From IMG/VR virus record IMGVR_UViG_3300046170_000470: DNA of 64,000 bases. One strand, 5' to 3'. A program made the translations under genes and the position numbers. The DNA is from a virus. Below, piece after piece: positions 21,106-31,359 of the stretch (its first letter is position 1; each line of letters starts with the position of its first letter). The notes under the pieces were generated by a model. The model was not told where the DNA came from, ran no database searches, and saw only the letters and a program-made list of their open reading frames with translations.

Positions 21106-21945
21106 ATGGATTTATCAATGCTTAAACAGAAATTGGATACCCTCCAATCAAAACCACAGGGTGGTCAAAAGACCGATTACACAACCATTTTTTGGAGACC
21201 TACAGTAGGTAAACAACAAATTAGAATTGTACCATCTGCGTTCAATTCATCTAACCCATTTACAGAACTTAAGTTCTATTATGGTATTACAAATAAGGTT
21301 ATGATTTCACCACTTAATTTTGATGAAAAAGACCCTATTGCTTTATTTGCTCAAAAACTTCGTGAAGGAGAGTATAATAAAGAGAATTATGTACTTGCTA
21401 AAAAGCTAGATGCTAAAACACGTACTTTTGTTCCCGTTGTAGTACGTGGAGAAGAAGATAAAGGTGTGCGACTATGGCAATTTGGAAAACAAGTATATGA
21501 AGAATTACTTGCACTTGCTGTAGATGATGAAATTGGAGATTATACTGATATTGTAAATGGCCGAGACATTACAGTAGAAACAGTAGGACCAGAATCAACT
21601 GGTACTCCTTACAATAAATCATCAGTGCGTGTTAGACTAAAAACAACTTCACTTAGTGAAGATGCTTCATTAGTAGAAAAATGGACAAGTGAGCAACCTA
21701 ACCCAACAGATGGTTTGTTTAAACGTTATTCATTTGATGAAATGAAATCTGCTCTTGAAAAATGGTTATCACCAGAAGAAGATTCAGAAGAAGTAGTAGC
21801 TGCTCCAGTAGCCCCATCAACATCAACCTCAAATAACAACTTTAGTTTAGATACTACAAAATCTAAACAAAATAAAGCAGATGCTTTTGATTCAATGTTT
21901 GATGAGGGTAAAAAGGTTAATGAAGTTGATGATCTACCCTTCTAA
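21106..21945 (+). CDS. Single-stranded DNA-binding protein (gp32-like)
   Basis: FWRP..G.Q.IRIVP, VVVRGEE..GV.LWQFGK and acidic DDLPF tail. Confidence 0.8.
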   Translation: MDLSMLKQKLDTLQSKPQGGQKTDYTTIFWRPTVGKQQIRIVPSAFNSSNPFTELKFYYGITNKVMISPLNFDEKDPIALFAQKLREGEYNKENYVLAKKLDAKTRTFVPVVVRGEEDKGVRLWQFGKQVYEELLALAVDDEIGDYTDIVNGRDITVETVGPESTGTPYNKSSVRVRLKTTSLSEDASLVEKWTSEQPNPTDGLFKRYSFDEMKSALEKWLSPEEDSEEVVAAPVAPSTSTSNNNFSLDTTKSKQNKADAFDSMFDEGKKVNEVDDLPF

Positions 21946-21947
21946 AT

Positions 21948-23021
21948 ATGGCAAAAAAAGCATCAAAGTCTCTCTCGGCAGCAGTGTCTGCCGAGATTAA
22001 GAGCAAATTTGATCTTAATAAATTTAAATCATCTAAAGGTTTAAATAAAAACGTCAAATTTAAGGAACAACAATGGATACCACTATCCCCTGCCTTTCAA
22101 AAAGTAGCTGGAGTACCTGGTATGCCGATGGGACACATTTCAATACTAAGAGGACATAGTGATACAGGTAAAACCACAGCATTATTAGAAGCAGCAGTAT
22201 CCGCCCAAAATATGGGAATTCTTCCTGTGTTTATTATTACTGAGATGAAATGGAACTGGGAACATGCAGCTCAAATGGGGTTACAAGTTAATCTAATTAA
22301 AGATGATGAAGGTAATGTTGTCGACTATGAAGGTAATTTTATTTATGTTGATAGAGAAACCCTACATACAATTGAAGACGTAGCAGCATTTATAATGGAT
22401 CTACAGAATGAACAGAAAAAAGGTAATTTACCTTATGATTTAGCATTTTTCTGGGACTCAATCGGATCAATTCCATGTCAAATGTCAGTTGAAAAACTGA
22501 AAAATAACAATGAATGGAATGCCGGAGCAATGTCAACACAATTTGGTAATACAGTTAACCAAAGTATTGTAATGTCTCGTAAAGAATCATCACCATATAC
22601 TAATACATTAATTGCAGTTAATAAAGTTTGGACAGCAAAAGCAGAATCACCTATGGGTCAGCCAAAAATGATGAACAAAGGTGGAATGGCAATGTGGTAT
22701 GATGCTACATTTGTAGTTACATTTGGTAATATTTCAAATGCTGGAACCTCTAAGATTAAAGCAATTAAAGGTGGCATGCAAGTAGAATGGGGTAAAAGAA
22801 CCAACTTACAGATTGATAAAAACCATGTTAATGGTATGCAATCAAGAGGTAAAATTGTTATGACAAACCATGGTTTTATCCAAGATACTGATAAAGATAA
22901 AAATGCTTATAAAAAGGACCACGCAGATGAATGGTCCAAAATTCTAGGGGGAGGACAATTTAAGATTGTAGAAGACCAAGAAGACACAACACCCGTTCTT
23001 TACGATGTAGAGGACTTATAG
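21948..23021 (+). CDS. uvsX: RecA/UvsX-like recombinase
   Basis: GHSDTGKT Walker A, FFWDSIG Walker B, KGGMAMWY. Confidence 0.85.
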   Translation: MAKKASKSLSAAVSAEIKSKFDLNKFKSSKGLNKNVKFKEQQWIPLSPAFQKVAGVPGMPMGHISILRGHSDTGKTTALLEAAVSAQNMGILPVFIITEMKWNWEHAAQMGLQVNLIKDDEGNVVDYEGNFIYVDRETLHTIEDVAAFIMDLQNEQKKGNLPYDLAFFWDSIGSIPCQMSVEKLKNNNEWNAGAMSTQFGNTVNQSIVMSRKESSPYTNTLIAVNKVWTAKAESPMGQPKMMNKGGMAMWYDATFVVTFGNISNAGTSKIKAIKGGMQVEWGKRTNLQIDKNHVNGMQSRGKIVMTNHGFIQDTDKDKNAYKKDHADEWSKILGGGQFKIVEDQEDTTPVLYDVEDL

Positions 23022-23031
23022 AAAGTAAAAC

Positions 23032-24072
23032 ATGAAACATAAAGAATTATTTAGTCTACTGGACAGCGTCCAGGAGGATCAGGAAGAGACTGTACAAAAG
23101 AAACATGATAGAGTACTAATTTTAGATGGTTTAAATCTATTTTTTAGAAATTTTGCTATGATGAATATGGTTAATCCTGATGGAGTTCACATCGGTGGAT
23201 TAGGTGGGTTCTTCCGTTCTTTAGGTGCCATGATTAGACAAACAAATCCAACCTCTGTTTATGTAGTATTCGATGGAGCAGGTTCTACAACCAACCGAAA
23301 GAACTTGCTCTCCGAATACAAAGGGACAAGAAATTTACAAAGGGTTACAAATTGGGAAGCATTTGATAATATTGAAGAAGAACATGATTCCAAAATCGAT
23401 CAAATAGTTCGTATTATACAATACCTTAAATTATTACCTGTAAAGACCACTATATTAGACAAGGTCGAAGCGGATGACATTATTGCGGTGTTAGCTGAAA
23501 AATTAGTTGAAAAACACAATTCAACCTGCTTTATAGTATCTAGTGATAAGGATTTCTTACAGTTAGTAACTGATAAAATTATTGTATATAGACCAATGGA
23601 GAAAGAATATTATACTCCTAAAACTGTAGAAGAAAAATTTGGTTTAAAACCATCTAATTTCATTCTACATAAAACATTATTAGGTGATAATTCAGATAAT
23701 ATTCAAGGTATTAAAGGATTAGGTGCTAAAGGTATATTTAAAAAATTCCCTGAATTAAAAACCCATGATTTAACCTTAGATGATATTTTCGATATATCAG
23801 CTAGGAAATTTAAAGATCATGTTGTATATTCACGCATAGTTCAGGAACAAGCTCGAATTGAAACTAATTATAAAGTTATGGATTTAAGTGTTCCAATGAT
23901 TGATGATAGGGGGAAGGAGCATATAGATAATTTAATAATAGAAGATTTCCCAGATTTTAATCCTGAAATGTTTGTTCAATTTTATAATGAAGACAAAATG
24001 GGTGGGATGATTAGGAATTTAGAAACATGGTTAAAAGATATATTTTCACAATTTAAAGGTTATAAAGATTGA
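23032..24072 (+). CDS. 5'-3' exonuclease/flap endonuclease (T4 RNase H-like)
   Basis: LDGLN, VVFDG, YKGTR, EADD, SSDKDF.QL and GDNSDNI.GIKG.G.K motifs. Confidence 0.9.
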   Translation: MKHKELFSLLDSVQEDQEETVQKKHDRVLILDGLNLFFRNFAMMNMVNPDGVHIGGLGGFFRSLGAMIRQTNPTSVYVVFDGAGSTTNRKNLLSEYKGTRNLQRVTNWEAFDNIEEEHDSKIDQIVRIIQYLKLLPVKTTILDKVEADDIIAVLAEKLVEKHNSTCFIVSSDKDFLQLVTDKIIVYRPMEKEYYTPKTVEEKFGLKPSNFILHKTLLGDNSDNIQGIKGLGAKGIFKKFPELKTHDLTLDDIFDISARKFKDHVVYSRIVQEQARIETNYKVMDLSVPMIDDRGKEHIDNLIIEDFPDFNPEMFVQFYNEDKMGGMIRNLETWLKDIFSQFKGYKD

Positions 24073-25442
24073 CACTAAATAGTATAAATCAATACGGGCA
24101 CGATTTTCAAATAAAGGTTTTATCATCTTTATTAACTCATAAAGAGTTTTTAGTTAATATACATGATATTATTTCTGATGAATATTTTGAAAACCCTGCT
24201 CAAAAATGGGCTATAAAAGAGATACTTAAGTATTATGACAAGTATCATACTACTCCTTCATTAGACATACTTAAAGTTGAATTGCAAAAAGTAGATAATG
24301 AAGTGTTACAAATATCTATTAAAGAACAACTTAAAGAAGCATATGTTACTTCAGATGAAGATTTAGAGTATGTTCAAGAAGAGTTTACTAATTTTTGTAA
24401 AAATCAACAATTAAAAAAGGCATTAATGTCTTCTGTTGATTTGCTTAAAGGTGGAGATTTTGATGGTATTCGTTTTTTAATTGATAATGCTTTAAAATCA
24501 GGGCAAGATAAAAATTTAGGACATGAATATATTAAAGATATTGAATCAAGGTATAGAGAAAATTCAAGAGAAACTGTCCCAACTCCCTGGGATAAAATCA
24601 ATAATTTATTACAAGGCGGACTTGGAAATGGAGATTTTGGTCTTATATTTGGTAACCCAGGAGGTGGTAAATCTTGGTCATTAGTTGCTTTAGGAGGCCA
24701 TGCTGTTAGATTAGGATATAATGTACTTCATTATACACTTGAACTAGGTGAAGATTATGTTGGAAAACGATATGACGCTTTCTTTACAAAAATCCCAGTT
24801 AATAAAGTAGATTCACATAGAGATAAAATTGAAGAAATCATACCACAATTACCAGGTACACTAATTATTAAAGAATATCCAACAGGTAAGGCAACAATCT
24901 CAACTATTGAATCTCATATTGCAAAAGCAACAAGCATGGGGTCTAAACCTGATTTGGTAATAATTGATTATGTGGATCTTCTTTCATCAAGAAAGAAAAA
25001 TCGTGAGCGTAAGGACGAAATTGATGATATTTATACTAGCACTAAAGGATTAGCACGACAGTTAGATATACCAATTTGGTCTGTTTCACAGGTTAACCGT
25101 GCAGGTGCTCAAGATAAAGTAATCCAAGGAGATAAGGCAGCAGGGTCATATGATAAAATTATGATAACTGATTTCTGTATGTCTCTTTCACGTAAAAAAG
25201 AAGATAAAGTTAATAACACAGGTAGATTTCATTTAATGAAAAACAGATATGGAATGGATGGTATAACATTTGGTGTAGAAGCAGACACTTCAACAGGTCA
25301 CTTTGTAGTAAAAAGTGAATATTTTGAAGGAGATGAAGAAGAAACCATGGTCCCAAGTACCCGTTCTAATAAGTTTGATACCGACGTTGATCCTTTTGAC
25401 AAACAGTTGCTTCGTAAAAAGTTTTTCGAATTAGAAAAATAA
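24069..25442 (+). CDS. Replicative DnaB-like helicase (gp41-like)
   Basis: GNPGGGKS, YTLEL, IIDYVDLL, SQVNR and KNRYG motifs. Confidence 0.9.
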   Translation: MTLNSINQYGHDFQIKVLSSLLTHKEFLVNIHDIISDEYFENPAQKWAIKEILKYYDKYHTTPSLDILKVELQKVDNEVLQISIKEQLKEAYVTSDEDLEYVQEEFTNFCKNQQLKKALMSSVDLLKGGDFDGIRFLIDNALKSGQDKNLGHEYIKDIESRYRENSRETVPTPWDKINNLLQGGLGNGDFGLIFGNPGGGKSWSLVALGGHAVRLGYNVLHYTLELGEDYVGKRYDAFFTKIPVNKVDSHRDKIEEIIPQLPGTLIIKEYPTGKATISTIESHIAKATSMGSKPDLVIIDYVDLLSSRKKNRERKDEIDDIYTSTKGLARQLDIPIWSVSQVNRAGAQDKVIQGDKAAGSYDKIMITDFCMSLSRKKEDKVNNTGRFHLMKNRYGMDGITFGVEADTSTGHFVVKSEYFEGDEEETMVPSTRSNKFDTDVDPFDKQLLRKKFFELEK

Positions 25443-25465
25443 CATTAACAAATTAAAAAATTAAA

Positions 25466-26452
25466 ATGGCAAAAACATCATTATTGCAGGAAAGAGTGGT
25501 TTATAAACCCTTTGAGTACCCAGAAGCACATGACTATTGGATGAAACAACAACAAGCACATTGGTTACATACTGAAGTACCAATGATGTCTGATGTGAAT
25601 GATTGGAAACAAAACCTTTCAGAAACAGAAAAAAATATAATTGGTTCCATCCTTAAAGGGTTTGCTCAAACAGAAACTGTAGTAAATGATTATTGGTCAT
25701 CTTTGGTTACAAAATGGTTTAGAAAACCTGAAGTGATTAAAATGGCTGTTACATTTGGGGCATTTGAAACTATCCATGCTGAAGCATATTCTTTATTAAA
25801 TGAAGAATTAGGATTAGATGATTTTAGTGAATTCCTAGAAGATGAAGCTACAATGGCAAAAATAGAGGCATTAACTGAAGTAAGAGATTCTCACGATGGT
25901 ACTCCTAATTGGCATGAAAGAGCAAAATCATTAGCTATATTTTCAGCATTTACAGAAGGTGTAAATTTATTTTCTTCATTTGCTGTTTTACTTTCTTTTA
26001 AATTAGATAATAAACTCAAAGGAGTAGGACAAATTGTAGAATGGAGCATTAGAGATGAATCATTACATTCTGAAGCAGGATGTTGGCTATTTAGAACACT
26101 ACTAAAAGAACACCCAGAATTTGACACCCCAGAATTAAGAGCTGATATTGAAGAAGCAGCCAAATTATCTTTAAAATTAGAATTAGATTTTATTGATACA
26201 GTTTATGAAATGGGAGATTTAAAAGGGTGTCCAAAATATGATCTAGTATCTTTTATTAAACATAGAGTAAATACTAAAATGAGCGATTTAGGTTATGGAG
26301 CGATAGTAAATGGTATAGATCAAGATGCAGTAAAAAGAATGAAATGGTTTGATAATTTATCAGGTGGTAAACAACACACAGATTTCTTTGCAAACAGAGT
26401 AACAAATTATAGTAAAGGAGTTCAGAATTGGGACGCAAACAGTTTATTTTAA
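25466..26452 (+). CDS. nrdB: Ribonucleotide reductase class Ia beta subunit
   Basis: ETIHAEAY, EGVNLFSSF, RDESLH and TDFFANRVTNY motifs. Confidence 0.95.
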   Translation: MAKTSLLQERVVYKPFEYPEAHDYWMKQQQAHWLHTEVPMMSDVNDWKQNLSETEKNIIGSILKGFAQTETVVNDYWSSLVTKWFRKPEVIKMAVTFGAFETIHAEAYSLLNEELGLDDFSEFLEDEATMAKIEALTEVRDSHDGTPNWHERAKSLAIFSAFTEGVNLFSSFAVLLSFKLDNKLKGVGQIVEWSIRDESLHSEAGCWLFRTLLKEHPEFDTPELRADIEEAAKLSLKLELDFIDTVYEMGDLKGCPKYDLVSFIKHRVNTKMSDLGYGAIVNGIDQDAVKRMKWFDNLSGGKQHTDFFANRVTNYSKGVQNWDANSLF

Positions 26453-26455
26453 AAT

Positions 26456-28174
26456 ATGGAAAACAACGCATTACAAGCAGATTATACAAATTGGGAAGCA
26501 GGTAAAAGACTATCCAGAATGGATGGATGAAATTTCTTTAGCAACAATTTCTAAGGGTTATTTATTACCTGGAGAAGATGTTAAAAAAGCTTATAGACGA
26601 GTTGCAAATGCAGCTGCTATGAGACTTAAAAAAACCAGAGCTATCTAATAAATTTTTTAAAATTATGTGGAATGGTTGGTTAGGGTTAGCATCACCTGTA
26701 TTATCAAATATGGGGACTGATCGTGGTTTACCTATTTCTTGTTTTGGTGTTGATACGCCCTGATTCAATACGTGGAATTGGTTTAACTAACGCAGAACTA
26801 ATGAAATTAACCGCCTCTGGTGGTGGTGTAGGTATATCACTATCTCGTATTAGAGAACGTGGAACAGGAATTACAGGAAATGGGAAATCTGAAGGTGTAG
26901 TTCCATGGGCTAAAATATTTGATTCTTCAATTATTGCTACTAACCAAGGAAATGTTAGAAGAGGAGCAGCATCTGTTAATTTAGATATAGAACATGGGGA
27001 TATAGAGGAATTCTTACAAATTCGTAGACCAAAGGGTGACCCAAATAGACAATGTTTAAATTTACACCAATGTGTTGTTGTAGGAGATTCATTTATGAGA
27101 AAACTAGAAGCAAGAGACCCTGAAGCAATGAATAGATGGGCTACTGTTTTAAAATCAAGAATGGAAACAGGTGAACCTTATATAATGTACAAGGACAATG
27201 TTAACAAGGATAACCCTATAGCTTATAGACTAAACAATTTAGAAGTATCTATGACTAATATTTGTTCTGAAATTACTTTATTTACAGATGAAGAACATTC
27301 ATTTATTTGTTGTTTATCTTCTATGAATTTATCAAAATACGAAGAATGGAAAGACACAGATGCTGTTGAATTAGCTACTTGGTTTTTAGATGGTGTAATG
27401 CAAGAATTTATTGATAAATCTGCTGGTAAAGATTCATTACAAAGAACTTATAACCATGCTCGTAAAGGACGTGCTTTAGGTTTAGGTGTAATGGGTTGGC
27501 ATTCATTCCTACAACAAAAAGGATTACCATTTAATTCAATTGCTTCTACAGCACATACCCATAATATATTTAATGATATTAGAGGTAAAGCAGAAAAAGC
27601 ATCTATGGCTTTAGCTCAAGAATATGGAGAACCTTTATGGTGTAGAGGAACAGGTATGAGAAATACCCACTTACTAGCAGTAGCCCCAACAGTATCTAAT
27701 TCAGTTATTTGTGGTGGGATTAGTGCTGGTATTGAACCCTTACCCGCTAACATTTATACATTTAATGGTGCAAAAGGTACTTTTATTAGAAAAAACAAAG
27801 TACTACAGTCTATTTTAGCTGAAAAAGGAGAAGATAAAGATAAATGGTGGGACCAAATGTTAGAACAAGATGGTTCAGCTCAAGGTTTACCAGATAATAT
27901 TTTATCTCCTGAAGAAAAAGAATTATTTTTAACTTTCCCTGAAATTAATCAATTAGAATTGGTACGTCAAGCAGCCATTAGACAACGTTATATTGATCAA
28001 ACCCAATCTTTAAATTTGTCATTTGATGTAAATGATTCACCAAAATGGATTAATCAAGTACATTTAGAAGGATGGAAGTTAGGTATTAAAACATTTTATT
28101 ATTTAAGAACTGACAGTGTAATTAAAGGAGATTTAGGTTCTCGTATGGCTGATTGTGTTAGCTGTGATGGGTAG
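26456..28174 (+). CDS. nrdA: Ribonucleotide reductase class Ia alpha subunit (three apparent 1-nt insertions near 26505, 26630 and 26759)
   Basis: Restored ASPVLSN.G..RGLPISCF; GGGVG, TNICSEI, APTVSNS, KTFYYLR and C-terminal CVSCDG. Confidence 0.92.
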
Positions 28175-28198
28175 TAATCCTAAATATTTTTATTTTAA

Positions 28199-28225
28199 GA
28201 GAGCGCAATAGCGCTCTTTTTTCTT
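28199..28225 (+). terminator. Terminator after nrdA
   Basis: GAGAGCGC-AATA-GCGCTCT followed by T-tract. Confidence 0.85.
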
Positions 28226-28248
28226 ATATGTATTATTGAAGTATAATC

Positions 28249-28271
28249 GAATATGGGCGGCAACCCTATTC
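28249..28271 (+). promoter_or_regulatory. Leader hairpin with CGGCAA loop (copy 1)
   Basis: GAATA(T)GGG-CGGCAA-CCCTATTC. Confidence 0.6.
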
Positions 28272-28319
28272 AATTCTAAAGTTTTTACAAACGTTTTTTT
28301 ATTAACGAAAAAGTTGAAT

Positions 28320-28793
28320 ATGAGATCAATATGTTTCATTTTTGCCTTAATATTAGGCATCAATGCGTATAGTCAAGAAACTATACACATACAAGAAGTT
28401 ACCAATAACATAGTTATGGGGCCATTTGCAGGTAACCGTAACCTGGCTTTTGGTGTACAAAATATCTTAGAAGAAATTATTCAAGATAAAGACTATTATT
28501 TAGATGATAATTCACCAAGAAATATTAAAGTCGAACTACTATACTTTGACGTAAAGAAAAATAACATGCAATTGGCGGCATATGGGCGTAAAGTCGATAT
28601 TACCCAAATTATTGCAGGTGCAAGGTTAATAGTAGATGGAAAAGTAGTAAAAGAAGTAATTGCTAAAGGAACTTCTAAGTCTATTTCAACATCTACTTTA
28701 ATTATAGATGATGGAGGAAAATTTTCTCAAGCTGGTGTATCCTCTGCACTTAAAAAAGTTTGTGAACAACTTATAAATAAATTAAAATTATAA
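28320..28793 (+). CDS. Exported CsgG/FlgO-superfamily-like protein (short paralogue)
   Basis: Probable start ATG 28320 gives signal peptide MRSICFIFALILGINAYS|Q; shares NLAFGVQNILEE and KFSQAGVSSALKK with 31482 (RVGLGLTNI, KFNQSSIGTSTKK). Confidence 0.55.
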   Translation: MRSICFIFALILGINAYSQETIHIQEVTNNIVMGPFAGNRNLAFGVQNILEEIIQDKDYYLDDNSPRNIKVELLYFDVKKNNMQLAAYGRKVDITQIIAGARLIVDGKVVKEVIAKGTSKSISTSTLIIDDGGKFSQAGVSSALKKVCEQLINKLKL

Positions 28794-30487
28794 TGAAAAA
28801 ACTATTATTTTTATTACTTTTACCTTTTGGGCTACTAGCTCAACAAGGTTATTTAAGCCATAGCTACATTGATGGTGATTCAAATGGATTTGTAGTTGGG
28901 CAAGAGATCACTGTTAAGTTTGAAGGTTTACAAGGCAGTGGAATGACACCTGATCGTGTTCATTTCGACTTTGAATGGAACAACAAGCTTCTAGAGTATG
29001 TTTCACATACCTTTAACCCAACCTCAGGTTTACCCTCTGATGCTCAAAATTCATGGACAATGTGGAACGGGTATAGATTTAATCCCCTTACTTTTTATGC
29101 CGGGGTAGCAGTTGCCGAATCAGATTTAGATCTACAGTATGATCAAGGATGGTTAAATAGAGGAGAAGGATCTTATTCTACAGTTTCAGATTGGTCAGTT
29201 GCAAGAGTAATTATACAATCCTCTTCTGATTTACCTTTATCTACAGAATGGATTTATGTTAAATTTAAAATTAAAGATAGACAGGGAACCGGATATGATA
29301 ACTACAATAACGTTACAGATCTAAACTTTGCTGGCTTTGAAGACATAAGCACAAGCTCAGGATTATATGATGTAAATGCTGGTACAGAAAATATTTCGTT
29401 AGCTAATGTAAGTGGAGTAAATGCAGGTAATGTTACTATTAATTTAAATTCTGCTGCTAAATCTCAATATGCTACTGACTTTACTTATGCTATTTATACT
29501 GCTGATGGGGTAAATGGTAGAACAGGAAATGCAATTGAAACAGGTAATTTTGATGCAAACGGTCAGGTAATTACCAGTAACCTAATTGTAGATGAAAAAT
29601 ATTATGTAGAAATAAAAGTAAGTGACCAAGCCACTTGGTTAGATGATGTATTAACTATTACAGATGCTTTTATTATATTTAAACAAGGTAATGCTACTGG
29701 AGCAAGTGGACCTGGGGATACATCTTCTCAAAACACATTCGATTATTCTCTACAGTATCTTATAGGAGAATTAAACAATTCAGGAAACATTACCCCTGCA
29801 GATGCTTATCAAGCTTTAGGTCATGTGCAAGGAGTAGAAGGTTTAAGTGAATGGTTTACTAATTCAACCAATGGGTCTAAAAATGTATGGGGGAGAGTAG
29901 AGCAATTAGGTGTATCAACTAATGATTATTATTTCGGACAAAAATATATTATTGAACCTACAGATGCTGTTAAATCATTTAACTTTGGTCATGCTTTAAT
30001 TGGTGATGTAGATTTCTCACATGGGTATGCTCCTACAGCTGAAGGAAGCTCTTTTTCAACTACTTCTCAAGCACAATCAAGAATGAGTGTAACATCAAGA
30101 GCATTAAGCCAAGCAGTTGAAAGTAATTTAGATGTTGTTTCTGAATTAATAGATGGTAAAGTACACTTTACTATTAATTTACAAGAAGAAGGAGTAGTAG
30201 GTACTCAATTTAATATAAATTATGATGATACTATTTTAACTTTAGATAATGTAATTTTTGATACTGGAAATACAATGACAAATTTTGCAAATCATAAACA
30301 GCAACAAGCTAAAGTAAATATAGGGTCTTTAGACCAATCAGGAGAAGTATCAATTAAAAAAGGGAATGCTTATAAATTAATATTTACTCCAAACGAAACA
30401 TTACAAAACACATCAGGATTAGTTACCTTTAAGTTAACTGAAGGAATTAAAGCTGATGGGCAAAAAGTTCAATTTATAATTCAATAA
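28793..30487 (+). CDS. Exported cohesin/dockerin-like domain protein
   Basis: Signal peptide ...GLLA|QQ; cohesin-like segments VGQEITVKF...FDFEWNNKLLEYVS and GTQFNINYDDTILTL; dockerin-like Ca loops DDVLTITDAF and GELNNSGNITPADAY. Confidence 0.6.
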   Translation: MKKLLFLLLLPFGLLAQQGYLSHSYIDGDSNGFVVGQEITVKFEGLQGSGMTPDRVHFDFEWNNKLLEYVSHTFNPTSGLPSDAQNSWTMWNGYRFNPLTFYAGVAVAESDLDLQYDQGWLNRGEGSYSTVSDWSVARVIIQSSSDLPLSTEWIYVKFKIKDRQGTGYDNYNNVTDLNFAGFEDISTSSGLYDVNAGTENISLANVSGVNAGNVTINLNSAAKSQYATDFTYAIYTADGVNGRTGNAIETGNFDANGQVITSNLIVDEKYYVEIKVSDQATWLDDVLTITDAFIIFKQGNATGASGPGDTSSQNTFDYSLQYLIGELNNSGNITPADAYQALGHVQGVEGLSEWFTNSTNGSKNVWGRVEQLGVSTNDYYFGQKYIIEPTDAVKSFNFGHALIGDVDFSHGYAPTAEGSSFSTTSQAQSRMSVTSRALSQAVESNLDVVSELIDGKVHFTINLQEEGVVGTQFNINYDDTILTLDNVIFDTGNTMTNFANHKQQQAKVNIGSLDQSGEVSIKKGNAYKLIFTPNETLQNTSGLVTFKLTEGIKADGQKVQFIIQ

Positions 30488-30490
30488 AAA

Positions 30491-30868
30491 ATGAAAAAAT
30501 TATTATCAATATTAGCATTACTTTTAGTATTAGGATGCACCCAAGATGAAGAGTTTATTATAATAGATGAAAACCAAGAAGTACCTGAAGCTTTATTTAT
30601 TGAAGACTTAGTGGGAATTAAATTATCTAGTTCTATTGTTTCTGATAGAGTAGCCATGAATGTTAAATTACCATCAGATGGAGATTATAGAGTAAAAATT
30701 AGACACAGTATGACTAATGAGTTAATTTCCCAAGAAAAACTTACAGGTAAAGAAGGAGACAATATTTTAAAAGTGTATGTTAATACTTTAGAAAATAGTT
30801 CATATAAGTTAGAATTAACTAAAGAAAATCATACAATAGTAGGAGTAACATTATTTTCAAAATTTTAA
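30491..30868 (+). CDS. Lipoprotein resembling a stand-alone T9SS C-terminal sorting domain
   Basis: Lipobox LVLG|C with acidic residues after Cys; YRVKI...GKEGDNILKVYVNTLENSSYKLEL resembles the Por-secretion tail pattern. Confidence 0.55.
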   Translation: MKKLLSILALLLVLGCTQDEEFIIIDENQEVPEALFIEDLVGIKLSSSIVSDRVAMNVKLPSDGDYRVKIRHSMTNELISQEKLTGKEGDNILKVYVNTLENSSYKLELTKENHTIVGVTLFSKF

Positions 30869-30871
30869 AAA

Positions 30872-31150
30872 ATGAGTGAAGAAAAAGGAGGATTTTTTAG
30901 CCAAATTAAAAATCAAATAATCACAACAATTGGTCTTATTATTACGGCTGCAGGTGGTTTAGTAATAACCAATATGGAAGCTATATTTGGTGTAGGTGAA
31001 GAAATAGTAGTAGAACAGCCTATGATGGAACAAACTATTAACTTTCCTGAAGCTACTAAAGATACCATAGTAATTTCTAAAACTATAGTAATTCCTCCTA
31101 AAAAAGAAAAAACCGAAACAGAAAAAAGAAAAGAAGAATTTGACTGGTAG
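30872..31150 (+). CDS. Single-pass membrane protein
   Basis: IITTIGLIITAAGGLVIT TM segment; charged tail ending in W. Confidence 0.7.
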   Translation: MSEEKGGFFSQIKNQIITTIGLIITAAGGLVITNMEAIFGVGEEIVVEQPMMEQTINFPEATKDTIVISKTIVIPPKKEKTETEKRKEEFDW

Positions 31151-31155
31151 AAACA

Positions 31156-31181
31156 AGAAACCAGGCGGCAACCTGGTTTCT
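31156..31181 (+). promoter_or_regulatory. Leader hairpin with CGGCAA loop (copy 2)
   Basis: AGAAACCAGG-CGGCAA-CCTGGTTTCT perfect 10-bp stem. Confidence 0.7.
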
Positions 31182-31359
31182 CTTATTCTGATGTCAAATT
31201 AAAATTGAATGAAGTATAACAGTTAAAATGACAACCATGAATTATTTATCACAACGTACAAAGAAATTGTGGCTAAGCCAAGCAATTCTTAGTATTCTTA
31301 GTTTTTACATATTAGAACAAGATGGTCTTATCAATAAAATAGTTGAAGTTATTGCAAAA

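Noticed and set aside
28240-28320. Resemblance to a purine riboswitch (TATAATCG...ATATGG...AAGTTTTTAC)
   Set aside because: P2/P3 stems, loop-loop pairing and P1 cannot be formed in the required arrangement; the ATATGG lies within a different hairpin
31186-31300. Possible hammerhead ribozyme (CTGATG...GAAA)
   Set aside because: Core reads CTGATGT rather than CUGAnGA, and the three-stem geometry is not satisfied
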